Shown: positions 10,089 to 20,300, counted from the first letter of the stretch. The stretch: DNA of 64,000 nt from an uncultured Candidatus Marinamargulisbacteria bacterium (GCA_903910705.1 CAIWAN010000104.1:2453-66452), one strand, 5' to 3'. Program-made: numbers and translations. The notes: a model not told the origin generated them from the sequence alone.

Positions 10089-10874
10089 ATGGAATGGAAT
10101 GTATTACTTGCGCCAATTATGCTGTTATTGATTCTATTTATCGGCGTTCCGGAAATAGTCAGGTCACCCCAAGAGTATCTTCATGTTCCAGCGTTAATGA
10201 TCGTTTTGGGTGGTTGTGTTTTCGCCATGTTATTTGGGACCAAATTTAAGAATACATGGAGTCTATTAAAGGCTTATTCGTTTATTGTTATTCCTCAAAA
10301 ACGAATGTCACCACCAGAGGCTATACGGATTATCGTTGAGCTCTCTCGAATTGCATTAACACAAGGGAAAGCGGCCTTGATCCCTGAAATAGAACGGATC
10401 AAAGATCCCTTTCTTCAATATGGGATTTCTTTGGTGGTAGAAAAGTTCCAAGAGCCCTTTATTCGAGCGGCTTTATACAATAGCATCGAAGAAATGCAAG
10501 AACGACATATGACCATCGTGGGTATAAATAGAAACACTGCCGTCGTTGCGCCTATTGCAGGTATGGTGGGAACCATTGTCGGACTCATTCAGGTATTAAG
10601 GAACATGGCCGATCCCTCGCAACTGGGTAAGGCCATGGCCTTAGGACTTATTGCAACCTTTTATGGTGGATTTCTTTCGGGTATGGTGTTTACACCTATC
10701 GCGCAAAAATTAAAGATCATGAGCGATGAAGAGGTTGTATTAAAGCGCATGATGGCCGAGGGGATTTTATTTATTTCAAAGGGCGAAGTTCCGATTAAAG
10801 TTGAAAAATATTTACTTAGTTATCTTCACATGGGTGATGTTAATAAGGCAGCTTTAAGCAATCAATCCGTATGA
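10089..10874 (+). CDS. motA: MotA/PomA-family stator (proton channel) protein
   Basis: 261 aa with 4 predicted TM segments. The C-terminal TM3-TM4 region IAGMVGTIVGLIQVLRNMADPSQLGKAMALGLIATFYGGFLSGMVFTPIAQKL is typical of the MotA/TolQ/ExbB superfamily. Overlaps the downstream motB-like gene by 4 nt. Confidence 0.8.
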   Translation: MEWNVLLAPIMLLLILFIGVPEIVRSPQEYLHVPALMIVLGGCVFAMLFGTKFKNTWSLLKAYSFIVIPQKRMSPPEAIRIIVELSRIALTQGKAALIPEIERIKDPFLQYGISLVVEKFQEPFIRAALYNSIEEMQERHMTIVGINRNTAVVAPIAGMVGTIVGLIQVLRNMADPSQLGKAMALGLIATFYGGFLSGMVFTPIAQKLKIMSDEEVVLKRMMAEGILFISKGEVPIKVEKYLLSYLHMGDVNKAALSNQSV

Positions 10875-11605
10875 GCGGTAGAAAAAAACACGCAGAGGAG
10901 CATGGCGAAAGCCCCATAGGTTTTATTATGTTTGGGGACTTGATGTCCCAGCTTCTATGCTTTTTTATTTTATTGTTTGTTTTTGCCTCACAATATGTTT
11001 CAAAAACACAAGGAACGACCTATGAGGATTTTCTTAAAAAGATAAGCGAGAACTTCAAAAAAGTGGTTGATGAAAAGCAAAAACCTCAAAGCCAGAAGCA
11101 AACGAAAGAGAGCGAATCTGTAAAACAGGAGACGGCAACGGATGCCAAAACAAAGATCGCCCAACAAATCCAGAAACTGGTAAATGATGAAAAACTAACC
11201 GAATATGTAAGTGTAATTGTGGAGGAAAAAAAGGTTCGAATTGTATTAAAACAACCTGTTCTATATGATTCAGGCTCGGCAGAACTAAAACCAGAAGCGG
11301 GATCAATCCTTGCCGATATTGGTGCGATCATTCAGAAGACGCGTAACCCCATTGATATAGAAGGACATACTGATAATATGCCGATCCATACAAGCAAATA
11401 TGATTCGAACTGGGACTTGTCTTTCGATCGGGCCTATTCCGTTATTAAGTTTATGGTTAAAACCGCCGGCATTTCACCGTTGCGCATGAAAACCGTGGGG
11501 TATGGAGAATATCGACCTCTTGCCCCCAATGATAGTGCTGAGAATCGTAGCAAGAATCGACGGATCGAAATCAATGTATTATTTAACGAATCGTTTCGAA
11601 ATTAA
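10871..11605 (+). CDS. motB: MotB-family stator protein with OmpA-like peptidoglycan-binding domain
   Basis: Single N-terminal TM helix carrying the conserved Asp (FIMFGDLMSQLLCFFILLF). C-terminal OmpA_C-like domain (HTDNMPIHTSKY...FDRAYSVIKFMV...RRIEI). 244 aa is MotB size rather than TolR/ExbD size. Confidence 0.8.
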   Translation: MSGRKKHAEEHGESPIGFIMFGDLMSQLLCFFILLFVFASQYVSKTQGTTYEDFLKKISENFKKVVDEKQKPQSQKQTKESESVKQETATDAKTKIAQQIQKLVNDEKLTEYVSVIVEEKKVRIVLKQPVLYDSGSAELKPEAGSILADIGAIIQKTRNPIDIEGHTDNMPIHTSKYDSNWDLSFDRAYSVIKFMVKTAGISPLRMKTVGYGEYRPLAPNDSAENRSKNRRIEINVLFNESFRN

Positions 11606-13902
11606 TCTTTTACCTCTTTTTGAATGGGGGTAAAGGACAACGCATCGGCCTTGATCCCAACATTAACGATAGAGTGGTCTGGGATCTTTCGATCAATAAG
11701 CAGGTCAGCAACAGCATCTTCGATAGAATCCTGAATCATTTTTCTAAGTGGCCTAGCCCCTTTATTGGCTTTGTACCCTTTATCGATAATCCAGTTTTTC
11801 GCTGGCAAATTAAGCTTAATGGTGATGTCTTTGCTTTTTAATCGGTGATTAACATCAGCGATGAAAAGATCCATTATTTCTCGAAGACTGTCTTTACTGA
11901 GGGCCTTAAAAATAATAATGTCATCGATACGGTTGATGAACTCAGGACTAAAAGACTCCTTCACTTCAGCAAGGATCTTTTCCTTCATTCGACCATAGTC
12001 TTCTTTTTCGTCCACGTTGGAGTTAAATCCAATGCTTTGATTGCTTTCGATGGTCTTAGCACCCACGTTGGAGGTCATAATGATAATGGTGTTTTTGAAG
12101 TCAACCATTTTCCCTGTTGAGTCGGTCAGTCGTCCATCGTCCATAACCTGTAAAAGTAAATTATTGACTTCAGGATGAGCCTTTTCAATTTCATCAAACA
12201 ATACGATCGAATAAGGTTTTTTCCTGACGGGTTCAGTGAGAAGCCCGCCTTCGTTATAACCGACGTAACCCGGAGGAGATCCAACTAGGCGAGAAATCGT
12301 GTGTTTTTCGGTGTATTCACTCATATCAATGCGTACAAAGGCATCTTCTCGACCAAAAACATAGAGCGCCAACTGTTTGGCCATCTCTGTCTTACCCACA
12401 CCACTAGGCCCAAGAAATAAGAACGAGCCAGTAGGTCGTCCAGGATCTTTTAGCCCTGCCTTTGAGCGTTTAATCGCCTTTGCTAGGGATTCGATCGCTT
12501 CGGTTTGGCCAATGACTTTTTTAGCGAGGTCACTAGCAATGTGTTTGAGGCGAGAGGCTTCAGATTCGGATAGATCACGAAGGGGTACCCCCGTCCACGT
12601 TGAGACGACCGTGATGATAGACTCGCGAGTTACAGTCACTGTTTTTTCTTTGCCGGCTTTTTTCTTGTTTAGTCGACTGGCTTCAAGCATTTCTGTTGAG
12701 GCGGCTTCATCAATCAAATCAACCGCTTTGTCCGGCAGTTGTCGATTTGTAATATATCGAGTGGAATAATATACAGCCGCTTCAAGAGCGTCGTCCAATA
12801 TCTCAACTTTGTGATAGTCTTCATAGCGCTTTCGGATTCCAAAAAGAATGTGCATGGTGTCCTCTTCGGAGGGAGGATCGATCATGATAGGCTGAAATCG
12901 ACGTTCAAGAGCGGCATCGCTTTCAATGCTTTTTCGGTATTCGTTTAAGGTTGTTGCCCCGATGCATTGGATTTCCCCTCGAGCGAGAGCAGGTTTCAAC
13001 ATATTGGCAGCGTCGAGAGCGCCCTCTGAATTGCCGGTTCCAATGATGGTATGGATTTCGTCTATGAAAAGAATGGTTTGTCGATCGTTTTTAATTTCAT
13101 CGATTATTTTCTTGATCCGTTCCTCAAATTCACCCCGAAATCGAGTCCCTGCGACTAAAAGCCCCAAATCAAGGGTAATGACCCGCTTGTTAAGCAGGTT
13201 GGGTGGAATTTCTCCATTCACGATCCGTTGGGCTAACCCTTCGATGATCGCTGTTTTACCCACACCCGCTTCACCCGTTAATACAGGGTTGTTTTTATTG
13301 CGCCGACTGAGAATTTGAAGGATACGTTTTACCTCAAATTCACGTCCGATAACAGGATCAAGCTTCCCTTCTTTGGCCAGTTGGGTTAGGTCAAGTCCGT
13401 AGAGATCAAGCGTAGGGGTTTGTTGACGTGACGTACTACCTTCTTCCTCAGATGCTTCAGCGTAATTTTCACCCAAGATGTCCAGAATGGCTGTGCGAAT
13501 CTGAAGAATATCGATGCTTGCTTCGAGAATGATCGCTGTAATGGCAGGAGAGGTGTCTTTTAGCACAGAAAGAAGGAGGTGTTCTACGCTTACATGGCTA
13601 TGACCCAACTGCCTTGCTTCATCCCATGCTTGAGAAAGAGTGACTTTGACTTGGGGTGAAAAGGGGATATTGTCAAGCTTGAGCGAGGATTTTTGTGTTT
13701 GCAGATGTTCATTGATGATGCTCCGAAGAATAGTCGGGTCAACTTTAATTTTTTGAAGGGCGGTTTGAATAATGGTGTCTTCAACTTTTAGGAGTCCATA
13801 AAGTAGGAGCTCGTTATTGATATAGGGAATCTTAAGCTTTTTGGCTTTCTCTTGGGCATACATAATGACCTGAATCGCTTTTTGAGTGAATCGTGAAAAC
13901 AT
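11602..13902 (-). CDS. ATP-dependent Clp protease ATP-binding subunit (ClpA/ClpC family, double AAA+)
   Basis: Clp_N repeats at the N-terminus. Walker A motifs [15 protein letters not shown] (D1) and [15 protein letters not shown] (D2). Short D1-D2 linker without a UVR motif, i.e. ClpA-like. 766 aa. Confidence 0.85.
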   Translation of the reverse strand: MFSRFTQKAIQVIMYAQEKAKKLKIPYINNELLLYGLLKVEDTIIQTALQKIKVDPTILRSIINEHLQTQKSSLKLDNIPFSPQVKVTLSQAWDEARQLGHSHVSVEHLLLSVLKDTSPAITAIILEASIDILQIRTAILDILGENYAEASEEEGSTSRQQTPTLDLYGLDLTQLAKEGKLDPVIGREFEVKRILQILSRRNKNNPVLTGEAGVGKTAIIEGLAQRIVNGEIPPNLLNKRVITLDLGLLVAGTRFRGEFEERIKKIIDEIKNDRQTILFIDEIHTIIGTGNSEGALDAANMLKPALARGEIQCIGATTLNEYRKSIESDAALERRFQPIMIDPPSEEDTMHILFGIRKRYEDYHKVEILDDALEAAVYYSTRYITNRQLPDKAVDLIDEAASTEMLEASRLNKKKAGKEKTVTVTRESIITVVSTWTGVPLRDLSESEASRLKHIASDLAKKVIGQTEAIESLAKAIKRSKAGLKDPGRPTGSFLFLGPSGVGKTEMAKQLALYVFGREDAFVRIDMSEYTEKHTISRLVGSPPGYVGYNEGGLLTEPVRKKPYSIVLFDEIEKAHPEVNNLLLQVMDDGRLTDSTGKMVDFKNTIIIMTSNVGAKTIESNQSIGFNSNVDEKEDYGRMKEKILAEVKESFSPEFINRIDDIIIFKALSKDSLREIMDLFIADVNHRLKSKDITIKLNLPAKNWIIDKGYKANKGARPLRKMIQDSIEDAVADLLIDRKIPDHSIVNVGIKADALSFTPIQKEVKD

Positions 13903-14078
13903 GGCAACTCCTTTAATTTAAAGTTCATCTTACAATAACCTTTTGTCTAATTCAAGAACACTATGTCGCGTAAGGCTTTGACGACGGCTAGTCGCTCGAG
14001 GCTTAGGTGCGCTTGACTTTTCAAAATTGGCTCGTGTATAGTCCTTAATATATTAGTCATTTTTAGGAGGTGAAAGGC

Positions 14079-14351
14079 ATGAACAAGGGTCAGCTAATTG
14101 ATGCGGTTGCTGCAAATACCAAGTTGAAAAAGACAGAAGTAGCAAAGATTTTAGATTCGCTTCTCGACAGTGTAAAGGTTGCACTTAAAAAGGGTAACGA
14201 TGTTTCATTGGTTGGATTTGGAACTTGGAAGAAAAAGAAAAGGGCAGCGCGGACCGGACGCAATCCACAAACCGGTAAGTCAATCAATATCCCTGCAAAG
14301 AATACAGTAGTGTTTACGGCAGGCAAGAAGTTGAAGGACGCAGTTAATTAA
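14079..14351 (+). CDS. hup: DNA-binding protein HU
   Basis: MNKGQLIDAVA...GFGTW...RNPQTGK is a canonical HU/IHF fold. GGAGGTG RBS 7 nt upstream of the ATG at 14079. Confidence 0.9.
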   Translation: MNKGQLIDAVAANTKLKKTEVAKILDSLLDSVKVALKKGNDVSLVGFGTWKKKKRAARTGRNPQTGKSINIPAKNTVVFTAGKKLKDAVN

Positions 14352-14361
14352 AACTTGATTC

Positions 14362-14393
14362 AAAATGCCTCGTTAATATTGCGAGGCATTTTT
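14362..14393 (+). terminator. rho-independent terminator downstream of hup
   Basis: A 9-bp perfect stem AATGCCTCG/CGAGGCATT with a 9-nt loop, followed by TTT. Confidence 0.6.
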
Positions 14394-14506
14394 ATGCCCA
14401 AAATGCTTACGTAAAAAACAAACATAAAACTATATGTTGACGACCCATGTTTCTGTTTGTTATGATTGATCCTGTTGGCCAACAAAATATACTCGGAGGT
14501 GTCAAA

Positions 14507-14848
14507 ATGTCTTCATATAATCGAATAACGTTAGTTGGGAATTTAGTACGGGATCCGGAGATAAAGAAGTTGAAAAGTCAAACAAAGGCCGATTTTACTC
14601 TTGCAGTTGAACGATACATGGGAAAAGATAATAAGCCGGTTACTGATTTCTTCACAATCGTGACATGGGGAAAACTGGCTGAAGTTTGTGGCTCCTACCT
14701 TAGTAAGGGCAAAAAGGTTCTTGTTGATGGACACATCCAGATCAGAACATATATGAAAGACAAAGAGCGTCAATGGATTACGGAGATTGTTGCTGAGAAC
14801 CTAAAGTTTTTGTCCGCAAAATCAGAAGAGGTTGCGGTAGCAAAGTAG
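14507..14848 (+). CDS. ssb: single-stranded DNA-binding protein (OB-fold), no acidic C-terminal tail
   Basis: MSSYNRITLVGNLVRDPEIK...FFTIVTWGKLAEV...GKKVLVDGHIQIRTY is an SSB OB-fold. GGAGGTG RBS upstream of the ATG at 14507. Ends ...SEEVAVAK, so it lacks the usual D/E-rich tail. Confidence 0.8.
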   Translation: MSSYNRITLVGNLVRDPEIKKLKSQTKADFTLAVERYMGKDNKPVTDFFTIVTWGKLAEVCGSYLSKGKKVLVDGHIQIRTYMKDKERQWITEIVAENLKFLSAKSEEVAVAK

Positions 14849-14902
14849 AAATGTCTTTGAATTCCTCTTTTTGTGTGGGAAAAGAGGATTCAAAATATCC
14901 AA

Positions 14903-14928
14903 AATTATTGTCCCTTAGAAGTTTCTCT
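14903..14928 (+). promoter_or_regulatory. putative sigma70-type promoter (TTGTCC-N-TATACT) for the FliG-like operon
   Basis: TTGTCC ... TATACT with about 17-18 nt spacing, ending roughly 17 nt before the ATG at 14945. Sequence inspection only. Confidence 0.25.
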
Positions 14929-14944
14929 GTGTATACTTTGATTT

Positions 14945-16432
14945 ATGCGACGATCAATTATTAAATGGGGAAGCCTTGTTGTCATATTTATGACCCTTGC
15001 TTTTTCCCAAAATCTGCAGACCTATCAACAACATATTGAAGAGACCGTTCAATCGGCCCTCGATAGAATGTTGGGCGCAGGTCGATCGATAGTCTATATT
15101 TCTCTCATCTCAGAAGGTAATAAGTGGGAGATAAATTATACAAAAATCCCTGATATTCCCGGAATGTCTGATTATCAAGGAGGCGGAAAAGGCCAAAGTA
15201 CAGTTATGCCCGGTATTCCTTCATTAAAGTTTTTGTCTGGCGGGGGAAATGAGGGGGCGCCTCTTAACTATGAGGTGGTCGAACGTAGTCCGGTTGTCGC
15301 CAATAAAGATGTTGTTATTATTATGGATGCTAAGGTCAAGTTAGGTGAAATAAGAGCCGTACGGCAGTTTATTACTGGTTTTTTGAATTTAGATGAACAA
15401 AAGGGCGACAAGCTCTCAATATTAAAACAAAAATTTACCGATCTTTCGGCCGGTGGAAAAGAATCCATTTCCAAACAAAAACTTACTGCAAAAAACAAAC
15501 TGCCTCTTTCAACGATCATCCTTCTTTTAGTAGGACTTGCAGTTCTAGTTGCTATGCTTGTTCTTGTGTTGAAGTCGATGGGACGAAAAAAAGTAATAGA
15601 GGGATCGTCAGCCGAAACAGCGACGCAATTAGCCAATACGGAGGCCACGATTCCGGAAAAAACGGCTGATGAACTCCGAAAAGAAGAAGAAGATGCGCAA
15701 AAGAAAATGGAAGAACAAAAACTGATAGCCATGCGTAATGAAGTGTTAGGAAATGGGGCCAGATATTTTACTTTTGTTGATGATGAGAACACGCACAAGC
15801 TAAAGTTCTTATTGCAGATCAAAATTGCGCTTCAACAAGCGACACCACGAACGGTTGCGGTTGTTATGAGTTGTTTGCCCTCGAACTTAGCAGCATCAAT
15901 ATTGATTGAGTACCCAGTTAAAATTCAGGCAGAGATCATGAACAATATTTTAACCTTACAGCATTACCCAGAAAATGATCTGAGGCAGTTAGAAGAAGAG
16001 ATTAAGAACAGCATAGACTTTTTGTTTGGTGGAAAATATCGCTTAAAACAGGTGATGGATCAATTGTCAGGCGAGGCAAAGAAGCAGCTTCTTTCTTTGG
16101 TCGCTCGCCAAAACCCACCGATAGCTGATGAGCTTAACACGTTGGTTATTCTTTTTGAAGATATTTTAGAGCTAGATGAAAGCACGGTTGCGCGAATATT
16201 TGGAGATATTGATACCGAGATCATCGCGACATCGTTGGTTCATATGGATTCGGGCTATCAACGAAAAGTTCTCGAAACGCTTCCAAAAGGAGTGCAAGCC
16301 ATGGTAGACCAGTGGTTGAGCTTAAAAGGAAATACGGCCTCTCGAGTTGATGTTGACCAAGCCCGACAAGAAGTTATTCAGTACGCGCAAAATTTAGAAA
16401 AAGAAGGGTTTATTTTGATTAATCATGAGTGA
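14945..16432 (+). CDS. membrane-anchored FliG-like protein with FliF/YscJ-type periplasmic ring-building-motif domain
   Basis: Signal/TM1 MRRSIIKWGSLVVIFMTLAF. Periplasmic region resembles a secretin/FliF ring-building motif (SALDRMLGAGRSIVYISL ... VVANKDVVIIMDAKVKLGEIRAVRQFITGFLNLDEQKGDKLSIL). TM2 LPLSTIILLLVGLAVLVAMLVLVL. The cytoplasmic part has FliG-middle-like (AVVMSCLPSNLAASILIEYPVKIQAEIMNNILTL) and FliG-C signatures (ILFEDILELDE matching the MFxFEDL motif; C-terminus DQARQEVIQYAQNLEKEGFILI matching FliG ...EEAQQKI...RRLEE.GEIVI). Confidence 0.55.
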   Translation: MRRSIIKWGSLVVIFMTLAFSQNLQTYQQHIEETVQSALDRMLGAGRSIVYISLISEGNKWEINYTKIPDIPGMSDYQGGGKGQSTVMPGIPSLKFLSGGGNEGAPLNYEVVERSPVVANKDVVIIMDAKVKLGEIRAVRQFITGFLNLDEQKGDKLSILKQKFTDLSAGGKESISKQKLTAKNKLPLSTIILLLVGLAVLVAMLVLVLKSMGRKKVIEGSSAETATQLANTEATIPEKTADELRKEEEDAQKKMEEQKLIAMRNEVLGNGARYFTFVDDENTHKLKFLLQIKIALQQATPRTVAVVMSCLPSNLAASILIEYPVKIQAEIMNNILTLQHYPENDLRQLEEEIKNSIDFLFGGKYRLKQVMDQLSGEAKKQLLSLVARQNPPIADELNTLVILFEDILELDESTVARIFGDIDTEIIATSLVHMDSGYQRKVLETLPKGVQAMVDQWLSLKGNTASRVDVDQARQEVIQYAQNLEKEGFILINHE

Positions 16433-17255
16433 AAAATCCTTCAATCTTTTTCAGAAGCGAGAAGCTAAATCCCAATCGGTTGACGAAGCATCGAAATCAG
16501 CGGACATCCGAAGTGTTTTTCAAGAAAGTGGCAAGGAGGAGACACTAGCCCTTCAATACTTTAGCTATATAACGAAAGACAATACTTATCATACTGCCCA
16601 TGTGTTAAATAAAATCATCAAAGCGAAGCCCGAAAACTTAAAATATGCCTGCCTCGTTATTTCGTACGTTGACCCTGAGTTAGCGCAACGACTATTAGGG
16701 GAGTTTCCGGATGAGATCCAAGTTCATGTTGTTTCTGAATTGTTATCCTTGATCCAATATAGCAAGGCAGAGATCGAGAATTTTGATAAAATTCTGCGTC
16801 GATTGTTGACCGAACAATTTGGCGGGAAATATGTTGTGGCTAAGCTACTAGAAGAGCTTGATATAGAAAAAAAGATGCTTCTAATGCAAGAGTTCTCTAA
16901 ACGATATCCAGACGCAGCAACTTTATTTAGACGGATCATGATCTTATTTGAGGATCTACTCTCACTAAATGAGGTAAATTATCAGCGAATTTTTTCTGAA
17001 GTATCAAACGAAATATTATCCATGGCTTTTTGCAATCATTCCGTTGAACAACAAACTAGACTCTATAATATTCTTCCAAAAGGGCTAAAAAATATTGTTC
17101 AACAAGGTATAGAGCTTGGAAGGAAAAAATACTCAAGAACTGATATCAATAAGGCTCAACAATATATTATTGAGTACGCAAAACAACTCGAAAAGGATGG
17201 GTTTATTGATCCTATCTTAAAGGATGAAAACGCAAAGCCCCCGACATCAAGCTAG
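16425..17255 (+). CDS. soluble FliG-like paralog (FliG middle plus C-terminal domains)
   Basis: 276 aa. Contains ILFEDLLSLNE (the MFxFEDL-type motif) and the C-terminal DINKAQQYIIEYAKQLEKDGFI. Overlaps the upstream gene by 8 nt (ATGAGTGA), which suggests translational coupling. Confidence 0.55.
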   Translation: MSEKSFNLFQKREAKSQSVDEASKSADIRSVFQESGKEETLALQYFSYITKDNTYHTAHVLNKIIKAKPENLKYACLVISYVDPELAQRLLGEFPDEIQVHVVSELLSLIQYSKAEIENFDKILRRLLTEQFGGKYVVAKLLEELDIEKKMLLMQEFSKRYPDAATLFRRIMILFEDLLSLNEVNYQRIFSEVSNEILSMAFCNHSVEQQTRLYNILPKGLKNIVQQGIELGRKKYSRTDINKAQQYIIEYAKQLEKDGFIDPILKDENAKPPTSS

Positions 17256-17328
17256 CAGTGCCTTGCATTTGCTGCTCTATGTCGGTAAACTGGGGCGTAG
17301 TGTTGGTGAATAGGCACAGGGGTAAAAG

Positions 17329-20300
17329 GTGAGAAAATCTTCATGTCATTTCAGGGTAAGGTTCTTCGCACTTGTCGTGGGAATATTGCCGTTTGCCTTC
17401 ACCACGATTACAGACCTTTCCTTTTTTTCAGGAGGCACACAAACACAATATGTTCACGTGATGCAAAATCAGTCTATTGGGTTTAAAGATAGTGCAAACC
17501 AAGTAACCATTAATCTTTCGGATGAGATTCAATTTAAATTGAATTATTCCACAAAGCAATACACAGTATTAAAAGGAAGCGATTGGTTTGATGGAAACCC
17601 AACGATCACTTGGAACAATTTGGCCGAAATTAGTATTAACTACCGCCTAAAATGGACGAACCCTTTTGCTCAAAATATGCCAATTCTCGTGACGATAAAT
17701 GATAACGAAGCCTCGATTACGACATCAATCTTGACGTATAATCAAGAATTTGTTCTTACGGCTTTAACACTTAATGCTGATCAGCAATTCTTTGTCCAAG
17801 ATGCAAACGGGCCTTGGATAAAAGGGGGCATTGGGTCAGGAGAAGGTGTTGTTTGTTTGGGGAACCTCGCCTATAAATATGATACAACTTTGCATCCCTT
17901 GAAAGATGTATCCATGTGTCTATATTTTGACGGAGTGCCTGATGGCTCGCAAGTAAATGTGGGAACAGATGGAAAATTCCAATTTAATAATTTTTTGGTT
18001 CCTATATCTGCAACCGGAGTGAGCAAGAACTGCGAAATTAGGGTTGATTTGGCTGGCGCTATCGGAAGCGCAATCCTTTCATCAACAGTCATACCCAATA
18101 CCTTTAATGTTCAAATTGATAATATGCCACCAACATGGACTGAAACGAGCCTTATCCTTGTATCTGATAATAATTATGAGAGTCAAGGTCGACTGAAGCC
18201 CGACGATGGGTATTATGGCCAACTGACAGTTTCGGTTAAAGTAGACAAATTTAATCTGGTTACAGATAATGCTGGCGCAGGAGTCTCCACGATTCTTTCC
18301 TTTCGTGCCGAACAAGTCACGGTCGAAGGGCTAGACGTAACCACGAGCATTCAAACACGTGAAGGTGTTCGTGACATCCAAGTACTCATTTTTGATAAAG
18401 TCCATAATTCTGCAAGCTTGAGTGTACGCGTAAGTGTTGATGTCACTCCGCCTAGTTTGTTTTCTGTTTATTTGGGGCAGGACAATGATACTACAATCAA
18501 TCAAACCCTTCCTGCCGTTGGGTGGTTTAATGATGAAACCGTGAGTTTTTCGTGGACGACTCCTGCTGATTTTTCCCTTCGAGAATGGCCCTATCAAGTA
18601 AAAAACGACCCGTCTCCAAACTGGTCAGCTGAACAGGAAGGCATTTTATCAGATAATATGTTCCAGTTGACGCGAAATACAAATCAACTTTACATCGAAG
18701 CCGGAGGAAATCTTGCCAAAACCATTAAGGTTAGAGCCGTTGATCGTGCGGGCAATATTCGAGAGGCGAGTACAACCGTTTTTGTTGATAACACACCACC
18801 GACACTCAATGTTTTTAGGCTAAAACCTGATTTAACGCTTGAGGCTGATAGCCTAGAACTTCCCGAGGCAACGCCAAATATCTGGTACAACAATGGGGAT
18901 GAAGTCAATTGGACGTGGTCAGCAGAGGATAATGGTGAACTCCCGCAGAAACCCTATGCGTATTATTATAATAAGGGAAATCAGAATGTATTGACCTCAG
19001 ACTTTACCAATTTATCGGACATCATTATTCCTTCTGATGAAGCCCCAACAGGGAACATGTTAACCCTTTTAATTCGAGACAAAGCGGGGAATGTTGCCAT
19101 TTCAACGAAAAATGTTTTCGTGTCCGAAACGGCTCCCATCATGAGCTATAAAGACATTCTTTTTTTGTCCGACATGACGGATAATGGAGGGGATGGGGTT
19201 CTTGCTGAATCCCTCTGGTATGATCAAACGACATTAGATTTTGTCACAACGGTAAATCTTCAAAGCTTCTCCGCTCCCCTTTCCAAAATTTATTTCAAGC
19301 GGAGCATTGATAGCACGAAGAATATCTTGGATATATCAACCGTGCAGACGATAACTATTTCGAGCTTTGAGATCATATCCAATAGTCGAACAGATATAAC
19401 GTTTGAATTTGTGGATCGAGCGGGTCGTGGAAGCCAAGTTTTTAAAAATGTTGAGTCAACAACAATCGTGCCTATTAATCTAAATGCTGTCCTTGTCAGC
19501 GACAAAGACAGCAGTTTACAGCAAGATGGGATAGATCCCGAGCCAGGTTATTATGATAGTCCAACGATTAGTATCACTTGGCAAAAACCAAATTATTGGG
19601 GACGGCTTCGCGACCAACCGTACTCAACTAATATTAATGGAGAAGGCTGGGGAACCGAGTTCGGGACAGAGGGCCTGCAGCTATCTCTTACGCCAAACCA
19701 TGCTTTTTCGTTAATCATTCGTGCAGCAGATCGCGCTGGAAATGTGGTCACGAATCAACTTTTTGTGACGGTTGATGTCGAGGCCCCAACTGGTTCTTTT
19801 GAGTTTATTATTTCAGAGGATGTCCCCCATAATGGGGGGGTAACCCCTGACATCGGTTGGTATTCTAATCATTGGATCAAAGGTCAATTTCTGTCTGAAA
19901 ATGTGACGGATTTTTTTGGTCTTCGTGAAGCCCGATATTTTGTAAAAAATTTAGAGGTACCTTATGGGCAGGGATCATCCTCTTCTTTAAATGTTGAGAC
20001 TTTTTCTAATGAACGAGGCAGTGTTATCAATTATGTTTCGGGTGCAATTGCCGATCATGCGGGCAATATAATTTCACTCCAAAAACCGGTGTATGTTGAC
20101 ATGACCTCCCCTGGAGCTTTTTCTACAGAGATTTTGCCAGATGCGACTGACAATGGTTCCGATGGATTTTTCCCAGAGGTTGGCTGGTATGATGAAGAGG
20201 CGGTCAATGTTAAGTGGATGCATTCCAATGATGATGCGCAGTTGGCGGAAAAACCTTATAGACTTTCCAGCACGATGCGAGATTGGACCCCGTTCCAACT

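Noticed and set aside
9932-10249. 105-aa plus-strand ORF spanning the tRNA-Arg gene and the motA start
   Set aside because: It overlaps a confidently folded tRNA on the other strand and the 5' end of motA. Arg/Cys-rich junk composition.
12377-13318. Three 69-130-aa plus-strand ORFs antisense to the clpA/C gene
   Set aside because: All sit inside the AAA+ domains of the minus-strand gene and have Ser/Arg/Pro-rich low-complexity translations typical of antisense frames.
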